Assembly: GCA_001600815.1 (NCBI GenBank)
Contig: BCKZ01000001.1
Coordinates: forward strand, 1,832,804 to 1,896,803
Direction of reading: 5' to 3'
Origin: Alloascoidea hylecoeti
Taxonomy: Eukaryota
Length of the DNA: 64,000 nt
Shown here: in pieces, positions 1 through 10,649 of the stretch
Layout of the letters: the number at the start of each line of letters is the position of its first letter
How positions within the stretch are numbered: position 1 is the first letter of the stretch
Notes under the pieces: model-generated
The model's database searches: none
Seen by the model: the letters and a program-made list of their open reading frames with translations, nothing else
What the model was told of the DNA's origin: nothing
Position numbers and translations under genes: made by a program

Positions 1-1
1 G

Positions 2-115
2 CTATTCTCAACTGACGAACCATTGGATATATCACAGCTACCGGATTTTAACTTTGACGATCTATTATACGAGAGTATTCATTATGATTTAGTAACGAAA
101 GATATGTTAAATTAA
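2..115 (+). CDS. Possible 3' end of a gene running in from the left edge (acidic/hydrophobic C-terminus)
   Basis: Frame is open from the window edge: LFSTDEPLDISQLPDFNFDDLLYESIHYDLVTKDMLN, TAA at 113-115. No family recognised. Confidence 0.35.
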   Translation, partial: LFSTDEPLDISQLPDFNFDDLLYESIHYDLVTKDMLN

Positions 116-947
116 TTTATATCGTAGAATGTTAAAAAGCTATGTAATCATCACTACTTTTAAATTTATAAAGGTAAATATCCTGTGTTGACTGATCTAT
201 AGAGATTTATTATTATTAATCGCTATTTTCCCAATTGTATCTTAAGAAGGTATATATTGAGGACTCCAAGTGTCATAATTATAGTGTACCGTATATTTGA
301 GTCGAAGTTGAAGACTGAATTCTTTGATATGATTTGTTATCGTCTGAAGCCAGCACTAGCGCTTTAGTCAAATGTGCATATATTATAGGGCTATTTAATT
401 CAAAGAAACTACAGTACTACTATGACATTGTTGTTATTTGATCCGCTCGTAGTCCCAACTTCTTGGAACATATTGCGAAAGCTGTTCTTCGATACAAACA
501 AATATTAATTAAGACATGGTTGTACCGTCAGGGTATAACAATTTCTTTAAGTAATTCTCTAAACATAGATTTGATCCTCTTATAATAATTTATAATAATA
601 CGATAAAGTAAAAAAAATAATAAAAAACTAAATGAATGATTAAATAAATTTAAATAGAACTAAAATATACATAATTTAAAACAAGTAGAAGTAAATAAAT
701 TATACAAAGGGTAACATAAAAAAAAGAAATTCAATATTAATAAAATCACTAAAATAATACATTAAGGCTCTATATCAAACTGCCTTTTCTATAAATACTA
801 TATTTATAACAACTAAACATTTGTGAAAATAAAAAGACCTATTACTAGGCAAAAATACCTCTTACTAATGTTAGAGGTTCGCTCTTTTTGGAGTGATGTT
901 GTTACTTTTTATAGTATTATTTTTTTTTTACAAGTTCAAATTTTGTC

Positions 948-952
948 AAAAA
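948..952 (-). terminator. Pol III terminator (T5) of tRNA-Thr
   Basis: Run of 5 T on the minus strand just downstream of the tRNA 3' end. Confidence 0.7.
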
Positions 953-954
953 TA

Positions 955-1027
955 TGCCTCAAGTCGGATTCGAACCAACGATCTTAACATTACTAGTGTT
1001 ACGCCTTACCAACTTGGCCATCAAGGC
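955..1027 (-). tRNA. tRNA-Thr, anticodon AGT, intronless
   Basis: Reverse complement GCCTTGATGGCCAAGTTGGTAAGGCGTAACACTAGTAATGTTAAGATCGTTGGTTCGAATCCGACTTGAGGCA. Acceptor stem, D-loop GG, anticodon stem TAACA/TGTTA around CTAGTAA, and T-loop TTCGAAT are all present. Confidence 0.96.
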
Positions 1028-1341
1028 AGTCGATGCAGTACTCTAGATATGTTAAAGTGCTGACCAATCAATCAGTCAGCAAAAGCTGTTTACAATTAGC
1101 TTTGGCCATCTTTAAAATGAACTATTAGTCCACTACAACATAATATAGTTTCAAAAGTTTCGTCCGATAAAAGTAAGATCAGCGAATAGTTATTATAGGG
1201 AATTATTCGATATTAAGTAAGTATAATATATAGAATAAAAAGGTGAATAAATTGGCTAAGAAAATCTACAACACAATCTTTATTTTTATACAATAGACAA
1301 CAAATCAAATTTATTGAAAGGATAGAATATATTATTAACAC

Positions 1342-4300
1342 TTAACGTTTACGCTTTCTCTCATCATAACGGCTTGCTTCTTCATCCAATGCATCCCAAT
1401 CTTCACCACTCTCACTACCACTTCCACTAGCGCTTCCACTTCCAGAACCAGAACCAGAACCAGTATCCGATTCACTTTCATCATATGCTGATTCTTCATC
1501 ATCTTCATCACTAGGATCGTCATCTGATACCTCAAATTCACTTTCTTGTTCGCTTTCAGAACTTGCTCCACTTTCCCCACCATCTGCCAAAAATGACCAG
1601 CCACCATCAACATAAAACGAGTGTGGATCTTGGGTAACGGTTTTCATGATCACGGGCCAATTCAAGTTAGGAGCACCTTCAGTGTATGGAATATCAACTT
1701 CATCAAGCCAGTCTTTTACACTTTCCAAATTTTCCATTGGAATTGTATTAATGTGTGTAACAGATTTTGTGAAATCTTTATAAACGAATACCAAATCAAA
1801 ATTCTTCAATCCAAATTGAACACGCTCCAAATGAGCAATTTCAATTTCATTTAGTGTAATAACAAGGAAAGGAGGGTCAATTAATTGGACTAAACAATCA
1901 GTACTCGGCAAACACATAACACTTGACCTAAATGGAACACCATTGAACCCCAGATCTCTAAATGGGATATCAACATCAAACGCATCATTAGCAGCTTCTG
2001 AAATCTTTTCAGCAAAGTTTTTGAATTCTTTATCTAATGCCAAACGTCTTCGTCGTTCTTCTTGTTCTTGTTCTAATTCATCTTCATCTCCATATCTATA
2101 CCGTCTTTTACGATTTCCACCAGTTTCATCGTACTGCATATCAGACGCTTCACGATAAAACTGAACATCTCGAGTCTTTCTTTTGCCAATAATAATAGGT
2201 GTTTTTAAATGAGCATGAATTACAGCAATCAATTCATTCTGACAAGGCTGAAAGAAAAAATGTTTAATATTAGAAAATAGAACATCAATTCTGTGATCTA
2301 ATCTTACAGGTGATTGATATCTCAAACCATTTTGATGAATTTCCAAAACACCAGCAACTCTTTTACCATCAGGCCCAGGCCTTACAAAGACTGAATCTAA
2401 ACGTAATGGACGTCGATTTTTAGCCTCAATTAGATTAGCTTGTTCAACTACATCTTCCAATTCTTTTTTCTCAGTTTCACGCTTTACACTTTCTTTCTTT
2501 AGATCTGTAATTTGACGGAAGATATTATGCATATGGTCATGATCTGTTGATCTAAAAGTGATACTTTTAACAAATTGAGCATTTGCATCTTCGAATGGCA
2601 TTTCTTCCTTTTTAGCACCACTTCCTGCACCAGGGGAATGGAAATTTAAACGGATTTGAATATAACCATTGCTTTCTTCGTTTTTTGAACCATTTTTATA
2701 ACTATTTATATGAAATGGAACAGGTCTACCACAAATTGGTAAAATAATAGTTTGATTTTTATGATCAACAACTATTTTTAACTCTTTGACCGAATTGGGT
2801 AATTGTGCTTCTCTTTTATAAGATTCAAATTTTTTGAAAACAGGCTTAGAATCTGAATTATCTGCCTTTTGTCCTTTATTAAAACGCTCTAAACCTTCTT
2901 CTTGACGTTGTTCATGAAGTTGTTTTTGATGTTCCTTTCGTCTTTGTTCAGCTTCTTCATCATAGTTTTTAGTTTCTGTTCTTAACTTTGATTTCAAAAT
3001 GGCAGAATTTCTAGTTGCAATCTCAGTTTTAACCCTTTGTTCTTTACGTTTACGTTCAGTTGGTACAGTAGTAGATTTTCGAGGCTTTGAATTTTCTGAT
3101 TTAACTGTTTTCGCTTTTGCACTTCCAGCAACTTCCAAATCTTTAGTATCATCTTCTTCATCTTTAAAATAATATGAAATGTCACCTTTTCCTCTTGGTG
3201 AATCTGTTAATACAATCGGTTCATCTGTTGAAATTCTAACAGTATCAATCAAAGATATACTATATGTTTTATTTTTTTCAGATATATCCCTAAAACCAAG
3301 AGAAATGTTAAAAGTCATTCCATTTTTTAAAACTCGATCATTTTTACCGCTCAAAAGAAAAGTGGCATCTCGAAAATCAATACCAATTGCCCATCCAACA
3401 TTTTTTAGGAAATGACTCTCTAATTCAGGTCTCTTTTGCTTGATGTATTCAATTGTTTTATTATAAATATCTTTTGCGATTGCACCATCCTCTAGGAAAG
3501 AAAAAACTTTTTTCTGTAGTTCAACTAGAAATAAGTAATTTTTTTCTTGCTCCTTGGTAGGATCTATCAAGTATGTTCTACCAATATTGGAACAGTATGA
3601 TTTATATCTCAGACCCATAGAAGCTAGTATAACACCGGGTTTTAAAATTTTATCATCTGATAAAGCAGATGGTTTTAAATCAAAAGAATTACCCGATTGA
3701 ATAATAGGAGTATAACACCAATCTAATTGCAACGGATCAAAATCAGTACCTAATTTCAAGTCTTTAGAAGTGAAAAATTTATCGTTATCGATTGTTTCTT
3801 CAATTTTTTCAGAAAATTTTGAGTGGGTGATCTTTTTCTCTTCATCAATCAAAGTAGACATTTCTTCAGCAAAATATTTAGTCATTACACCAGTACATGC
3901 ACGACAAGCTAAACGTATTGTTCTTAATTCTTCTTCATCTTTAATTTCCATACATGATGATAAGAATCTTGTGGCATCTTGTTCTTTTGGTTTGAAGTTT
4001 TCGGATTTGGTCATCTCTCTCCACTCATCACTAAATTTACCTTCGAATTGGTCTTTGGGGAAAACACCAATAGTTGACTAATAAATAATTAGGATCTAGG
4101 AAAATAGAATATACATATTTTTGAGAAGTAAACTTACACCTGCTTCGTTGATTTCTTTTATTAAATCCTTAAATAATTTTTTATTATGTTCTGGATCTTT
4201 GTTACGCGTCCATATAGAAACGTTGTTGCCTTTGATAGGATCCAAATGTTTAGCTGCAAATGTATATATCATGCCGTTAGATTTTATGAATTTTTATGTT

Positions 4301-4686
4301 GATCAACTATAGATTGTCTGAGCAATCTTTATAAAATATGGCTTAATTCATGATTATGACATACCTTTACCAGCACTTGTTAGAAGAAAGAATTGTTTTT
4401 GGGTGATTAAAATTGCAGTTGAGCGAAATTCATAACCCAGCAACCATGTCTAAATCCACCAAAACTCGACGTGTTAGAAGCAATTCAATGGGTCGAAGAG
4501 ATTGATTTTTCTTGGACTTACGTGTAGATTTGTGCTCTTCTGGTAGGGATTCTCATCACTTGAATTGCCAACCATCACCAAGAGAGAAGTAGCATCCCCT
4601 AACAATGGGTCACCAGCTGAGATACGCCGCTGGATTTGGTAGACCCTTTTCCTGAACAAGACTCCATCGATATTCACTTCGGACAT
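1342..4686 (-). CDS. SPT16: FACT complex large subunit, 4 exons (4686-4522, 4449-4365, 4253-4138, 4077-1342)
   Basis: Spt16 motifs (TWLLGYEF, PIIQSG, RYKSYCSNIGRT, HLERVQFGLKNFD, LNWPVIMK, acidic tail). Three GT-AG introns with GTAAGT/GTATGT donors splice in frame onto the 890-aa ORF. Confidence 0.96.
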
Positions 4687-4721
4687 TTTTTAGGAGGAAA
4701 AGAGAGGAAACAGTGAAAATT

Positions 4722-4727
4722 ACGCGT
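4722..4727. promoter_or_regulatory. MCB (ACGCGT) element just upstream of the SPT16 ATG
   Basis: ACGCGT in the 81-bp CHZ1-SPT16 spacer; a second copy lies at 4936-4941 inside CHZ1 exon 2. Function is inferred only. Confidence 0.4.
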
Positions 4728-4767
4728 TTGAGTTGCTGGGAGTATGGATGTTATATATTACACTATG

Positions 4768-5390
4768 TCAACCAACATATTCCTCATCCTCGTCTTCATT
4801 TTCATCGTCTGTTTCTGCCAAACTCTTCCCTTTTCCTTTGCCATTAAACTCTTCTTCTGTCGAACCATTCTCTCGTTGTCTGGCCTCTTCTTCCGCGATT
4901 TCAGCAGCTGCCTTCCGAAAATCAATGACTTTTCCACGCGTTCGTCTTCCTGACCAGATAATGTTGCTGGTGTCAATTTCCGCAAGCTCCTCTTCAATAG
5001 GTTCTTCTTCCTCTTCATCAATCTATTGGCATTATCAATTATAGTCAGTAAGTATTCAACAAATCAATATACGTAGATATTCAAACATACCTTAGCAGAA
5101 TATTCATAAGCATCGTCATCTTCATCATCGTCATCTTCTTCATCTTCAGGTTCACTATCATATTTCCTTGAAGAATGTGCTCTTCTTGGCCCATATCTAT
5201 TCCGGGCTCTTCTTTTAGAACCTGAACTTGACCCAGCAACAACAGATGTTGAACTGGCTGTACCTGCAGTTTCTTCACTTTCTTCAGCCTTTCGTTTCAA
5301 ATTCTTAATGTCTGTAGTCTCATCTGGTTTAGTTTTTACTATTCCTGCTTCAGAGGAACTTTTGCCATTCTCATCTTTAATTTCACTCAT
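4768..5390 (-). CDS. CHZ1: Histone H2A.Z chaperone, 2 exons (5390-5091, 5022-4768)
   Basis: Intron 5090-5023 (GTATGT..TACTGAC..TAG). Exon 2 encodes EEELAEIDTSNIIWSGRRTRGKVIDFRKAA (CHZ motif). Divergent from SMB1, as in S. cerevisiae. Confidence 0.9.
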
Positions 5391-5596
5391 TGAGAAAGCC
5401 GAAGCGAATGCTAAGTGTATTATTTGAAAAATGTAGTATTTGAGTAGAATAATGAGAAGTAATGAGATATTGCGAATAATAATTAATAAATCTAGAGCAA
5501 ATGACAGAACTGCGTAAATATAGTCACATGCAGTCCTAACACACTTCAAAAAAATACATCCAATATTACTATAACGTTAAGGACGAAACAAGAAAA

Positions 5597-6378
5597 ATGG
5601 TATGTTATTACATCTCCAAAGATTTCCTTAATCAAGATTCTTTGAACACTGTTTATCAGGTGCTGTTTGTTGGCTTTTGAGCACTAACTTTTTATTTTTT
5701 TCTTTAGGCCGTCCTAGGTGTTTCGAAAAAGACTAAGATGGTACGTTAAAATTGCATTATTTGCAATTATATATAAAATTTGTGCTTGCTGTTTAAAATA
5801 ACTAACATCTTTTTATAGTCTGATTTAATCAAATATCGATTAAAAGTCACAACTGTTGACTCGAGGGAAATGTCTGGTCAATTGTTAGCTTTTGATAAGG
5901 TATGTAAAATGAATGAACACACCATTAATTTTATTTACAATTCTAACAATTTTTAATATAGCATATGAACCTCGTTTTAGCAGATACAGAAGAATTCCGT
6001 ATAACCAAAAAATCCAAACGTGCAAAAGTACAACAATCTCAAACAGCATCATCATCAACCACCGAATCTCAACTAATTGAAGAAAAACGTTCCCTTGGTC
6101 TTGTTATATTGCGTGGTGAAACGGTTGTATCAATTGTTATTGAAGCACCACCTCCTACAGATCCAAGTACGCGTTTAAATGCTCTAGCGACGGGATCTGG
6201 TATTGCAACCCCAATTACAAGAAATTATCCAAATGCTGTTGGGGTTGGGAATATTGCAGCTAATGTTAGTTTAGCTGGACCAGTAAGGAGTAATGTTCCT
6301 CAAGGTTTTAGAGCCCCTCAGGGATTTCCACGGCCTCCTGGTTTTAAACCACCACCAGGATTTGGTCCAAGGAATTAA
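5597..6378 (+). CDS. SMB1: Spliceosomal Sm protein B, 4 exons (5597-5599, 5708-5740, 5819-5899, 5962-6378)
   Basis: Spliced product M|AVLGVSKKTKM|SDLIKYRLKVTTVDSREMSGQLLAFDK|HMNLVLADTEEFR...RSLGLVILRGETVVSI. Sm1/Sm2 motifs, Pro/Gly-rich tail, three canonical introns with CTAAC branch points. Confidence 0.93.
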
Positions 6379-7790
6379 TAGCTTTTAACAAAAAATTAAA
6401 TTTACCAAAAGAAAAGGAAAAAATGAGAGATTTTTAACTTCTTCTTTTATTACGATAGTTCATTAATAATATCCCCTTCTATAGAATGGAATACAATTTT
6501 GTATAACAGATCCAGTAAATCTTTATGTAAAAGGTCTCCTAATTCTCAATTAGCGATATTAACTTTGTGTTGTTGATTCATTTATTTAATCATTTTTAAC
6601 CTGTTTGAAGCTTAAACTTTTTTTTTTAGATTTATTTCCGTACTCAGTACTACTTACGACTCATTGCACTTATTTTAACGGTAATCTCGGACTTGTCATG
6701 CTCACTGTTCAGTGAATTCGCCAGATGAGCTCATTGACTTTTTGACTTTGTGTAAGGCTGGGGTAAACTTACGCTATTTTTTCGGGTCTCTAAATGGCAA
6801 GATTATAACCAACTACTGAGTACTCTACAAGGACCTAAATTGTTCTTAAAATGGTAAATAATGCTACGTATATTCTAGAGATTCTATTAGTCTATATAAA
6901 ATGACATCTAGTATTTGGTGTTACTGGTAGCACCCTTAAAGTCATAAACAGAAATTACTCTATGAGGCATGGAGTATTTGGATCCTACCTACTCTGTACA
7001 ATGAAATACGACCACCTTTCCAAATTCCAGTCCATTCCATGAGACTTGAAGACCCAGACTTCCCTTGAAGATATTTTGAGGTTCAAAGGCTTGGCCTGAG
7101 TAATGGGGTATAATCCTCCGGGCCTGGATCGATCCTGTGGTGACTGGGCATTTGTCACTGAGTGCAGAACCATTCTAAACCACTCTGATCCATATTTAAA
7201 TCATGTCATTATGTTCCTTTGGCTGTTCTCATTCAGATAATATTCCATCCATGATTTTTTAGAAGGGTCTTTGGAGCGGTACCCGAAAGCGTGCCCGACT
7301 GTAGTATACGTCAAAGCTTTATCGTAGAGTTTTATATGGTATACCTGGTAAATCCACAAACTCATTTATAACTAAACAACTTAATAAACCATTTAAAATT
7401 TATTAACTATAAACTATATTAATACAAAATCTGTAACACTAGTATAAACAGGCAATTAATAGATAAATAACAAAATAATGAATAATGCAATAATATGATC
7501 AAACTAAAAACACAGTTAACAGACCAACTAATAATATGAACAATAAATAAAGTATAACAAAAAATTGAAATAGGACAGGGTAAATAAACAAGATTATTAA
7601 AAGGTATATGCGTAATAACAAGTCCAGGGTACAAAGAAATGATACCAATGGTAAGGGGAGGGGATCAGGTAACAGATTAAGCATTAGTTGATCACTTATA
7701 TGATCAATTGCAAATTCATTTTAAAAGCAAGAAAAAATTACTTCAATGGGTAAAAACTAACTAGATTAGGATGATGGTAAGATTAATTTA

Positions 7791-10649
7791 TTAATTCCTT
7801 CTTTGTGATGGTTTAACATCATTAGCCCAAGTTAAAGATGATTGTCGAACATTAGGAGGTCTTTGAGGAACCGCTAAACTATTATTATTATTATTTTTAT
7901 TATTATTATTATTATTATTCGATTGGCTTGAAGATTGCTGTTGTATTTGTAATTGTCTCCTCTCTTCATTTTCATCTTCATCACTATCCTCGGCAATTGC
8001 TGATGGTTTTCTTCGATATCCGGGTCGTTGATCTTGGAAATCGTCATCATCTTCCTCATCATCATCATCATGCCCGATACCTAAAGCAGCCATTCTTCGT
8101 CTTTTTTCAACCTCCGTTTCTTCATCATAATCTTCTTCTTCTTCCTCTCCTTCACTTGACGACACGACTTGATCCTGTTCTTGACGAAGATCAATATGTT
8201 CACCCTCATCATCACTATGAGAAACTAATACAGCACCGTGTAAATTTGAATCAACCATTGTTTTTAATTTATTTTCAATCATTTCATCATTAAGACGTGG
8301 AGATGGAGAATCTGTATCATCATATTCTTGTACAATTTCAGTTTTCTGTCGTCGACCGGATTCTAAATCATGATTTACATCAGTAGTAGGTTTCGAAGTC
8401 CCACTAGATTTCATCATGCTAGCAACAGGTTGCTTAACCCAAGATAAAGCTCGATCTAATTTAGAGCCTGATCTAGCACGGTTTCCAGTCGTTGGTGTGC
8501 TAGAAGTATTCGCAGTATTTTGATTCTGAGTACTTGGACCTGAATGATGTCTATTAATCTTATAACGACGAACAACTTCACCTTCCTCATTTTCTAAAAT
8601 AATCGTATCATCCAATTGATAAGCAGTAACTTTTTGTCTTCCACCTTTACCACTTTTCTGTGGTGTAGATGAACCAATAACGTTATTAAAGTCTGGATCA
8701 CTTGAACGAACAGATTTCAAAGAGGTTGAGGATCTTCTTGAAGGTTTTCTTACAATTGAGGAGGATCTTCGTGGAGATTTTATTGAGGATCTTGTTGATT
8801 GAATTCTTGAAATAGTAGTATCACCAATGTCTACACCACTTTCATCTTGATGGAATTGTTTCAAAACTTCACCATCTTTATTTTCAACGATAAAATCATC
8901 ACCTTCCTTAAATAAATTAATTGGGCTGTCATGTATATCAATATTTGACGGTTGTTGTTTTTTCTGTTCTAGAGTAGTAGAAGATCCCATTCCTTGATCA
9001 TTAGAATCAGTGCTTCCATCGGTGAAGATCTTTGTTTCCGTTATATCCTCCGATTCTTCTTGTTGATCGGATTTTATAGCACTAGGTAAGTTAAAAGATT
9101 GGTTGACAGGAACATGTCTATCCTCTGATTTAGTTCTTCGTAAATTTTTTTTCTTTTTATTTTTATTTTTTCGTAACTTCTTTTCTGATTTGAATTTTTC
9201 AGGATCCATTGTATCGATTCGATGTAAAGATATAGATCTTCCAATAGTATCAATACGGGGAAGTCTATTCATCCAAGAAGAACTATTTTGATTACCTGTT
9301 GTAACAGACATTGTGATTGCCATTGTGTTGAGTCGTTTACCTAATGCGAAAACAGCGATTGATGAACCATGAACCACAATTGATGAAATGACTAAGAATG
9401 TAGCAATGGGCCAAACAGCCATAATAACAGTATAATTTTTACTTCCTTCTTCTGGCAGGTCTTTTAATGGTGTGGAGTGGCCATGTTCTAATTCAGCTCT
9501 GGCAAGTATTGACATAAAGATGGCTCCTACGCCAATAGGGCCAAAATGACCACAGAATAAAGCTTCTCTCCATGTTTTTATATCGGGTATAATTGGTTTA
9601 ATTGCAAATATAGCTGGTATTCTTCTAAATAGCAATACAAGAATAGCAAGGACAATATATCTCCAAATGTGAAGACCTAAATCTCCTCTGTTGTAATATT
9701 CCCATGGTATAATTGCACCAAGATAAACAAAATAGGTCATATTCAATAATAAATCAATTACATTCGACACGTGTGATTCTTCGGTTTTACGGGTAAACCA
9801 ACCATCCCAAGCAAATGCAGTACCTGCTGAAAAGGCCACTAGCAAATCGTCGGTACCAATCATAGCACCAACACCACCACAAATCAAAGATAATAAGAAG
9901 TAAAAGACCAAAAATGATTCTCTATCAATAAAATCATGACTTTCTGCATATTTAATTGAGTGTCTTCCTACATAACCAATGACGGCACCCAATACACAAC
10001 CAAAAACGCACTCATAAAAAACGGTTATACCTAAAAAGTTTTTAACAATTTCGCCAGCGTGTCCACGATTTTCAATCAAATATAAGCCTAGATAGGTGAA
10101 AGGAAAAGCCATGCCATCATTACAGCCAGACTCTGCAGATAATAAATTTCGTAAATGTCCTGGAACACGTTGAGCAAACTTACCTTTACCGACAACAGCT
10201 GATGCAAGAACAGGATCGGTTGCGGTAACGCAACCAGCAACAACAAGACTTTCTAACCATGAAAGAATTGGGAATAATTTCCAAATAAATACAGACGTAA
10301 GTAACCAACCAAAAGCCATAACTGGAACGAGTAGTAGAAAAACCGAAAACCAATGCCGTAACATATATTTTTTGGGTAATTCGACTGCGACCGCAAAAAT
10401 TTGAACAATAAGCACGATTCTAGAAAGTTCAAGAGTAAGATAGTCATGATTTCCAAGCCATTCATTGGGGACAAACCATTTTAAACAATGAGGGCCTACG
10501 ATTAATCCCACGATTGTAGCGACAGTAGCTTCACCTATATACGCTTTTTCTTTGACTAGTAGTGATACCAGGGAAAAAACCGTTGTGAAAATGCCAATAA
10601 TAGCATATGCTTTATGGGCATCATCTAGTGATAAGTGATCCCAAGCCAT
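7791..10649 (-). CDS. NHA1: Plasma-membrane Na+(K+)/H+ antiporter
   Basis: Probable start MAWDHL at 10649. Motifs ATDPVLASAVVGKGKFA, ESGCNDGMAFPF, GTDDLL, GHFGPIGVGA, then a long hydrophilic tail with poly-Asn. Confidence 0.95.
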   Translation of the reverse strand: MAWDHLSLDDAHKAYAIIGIFTTVFSLVSLLVKEKAYIGEATVATIVGLIVGPHCLKWFVPNEWLGNHDYLTLELSRIVLIVQIFAVAVELPKKYMLRHWFSVFLLLVPVMAFGWLLTSVFIWKLFPILSWLESLVVAGCVTATDPVLASAVVGKGKFAQRVPGHLRNLLSAESGCNDGMAFPFTYLGLYLIENRGHAGEIVKNFLGITVFYECVFGCVLGAVIGYVGRHSIKYAESHDFIDRESFLVFYFLLSLICGGVGAMIGTDDLLVAFSAGTAFAWDGWFTRKTEESHVSNVIDLLLNMTYFVYLGAIIPWEYYNRGDLGLHIWRYIVLAILVLLFRRIPAIFAIKPIIPDIKTWREALFCGHFGPIGVGAIFMSILARAELEHGHSTPLKDLPEEGSKNYTVIMAVWPIATFLVISSIVVHGSSIAVFALGKRLNTMAITMSVTTGNQNSSSWMNRLPRIDTIGRSISLHRIDTMDPEKFKSEKKLRKNKNKKKKNLRRTKSEDRHVPVNQSFNLPSAIKSDQQEESEDITETKIFTDGSTDSNDQGMGSSTTLEQKKQQPSNIDIHDSPINLFKEGDDFIVENKDGEVLKQFHQDESGVDIGDTTISRIQSTRSSIKSPRRSSSIVRKPSRRSSTSLKSVRSSDPDFNNVIGSSTPQKSGKGGRQKVTAYQLDDTIILENEEGEVVRRYKINRHHSGPSTQNQNTANTSSTPTTGNRARSGSKLDRALSWVKQPVASMMKSSGTSKPTTDVNHDLESGRRQKTEIVQEYDDTDSPSPRLNDEMIENKLKTMVDSNLHGAVLVSHSDDEGEHIDLRQEQDQVVSSSEGEEEEEDYDEETEVEKRRRMAALGIGHDDDDEEDDDDFQDQRPGYRRKPSAIAEDSDEDENEERRQLQIQQQSSSQSNNNNNNNKNNNNNSLAVPQRPPNVRQSSLTWANDVKPSQRRN
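7881..7919. repeat. (ATT)n microsatellite encoding poly-Asn in the NHA1 tail
   Basis: attattatta... run, read as NNNNNNNKNNNNN on the minus strand. Confidence 0.85.

Noticed and set aside
1335..4312. Short alternative-frame and antisense ORFs over SPT16 (likewise over NHA1, RAD4, IRA, DCP2)
   Set aside because: Shadow ORFs of real genes with no recognisable motifs.
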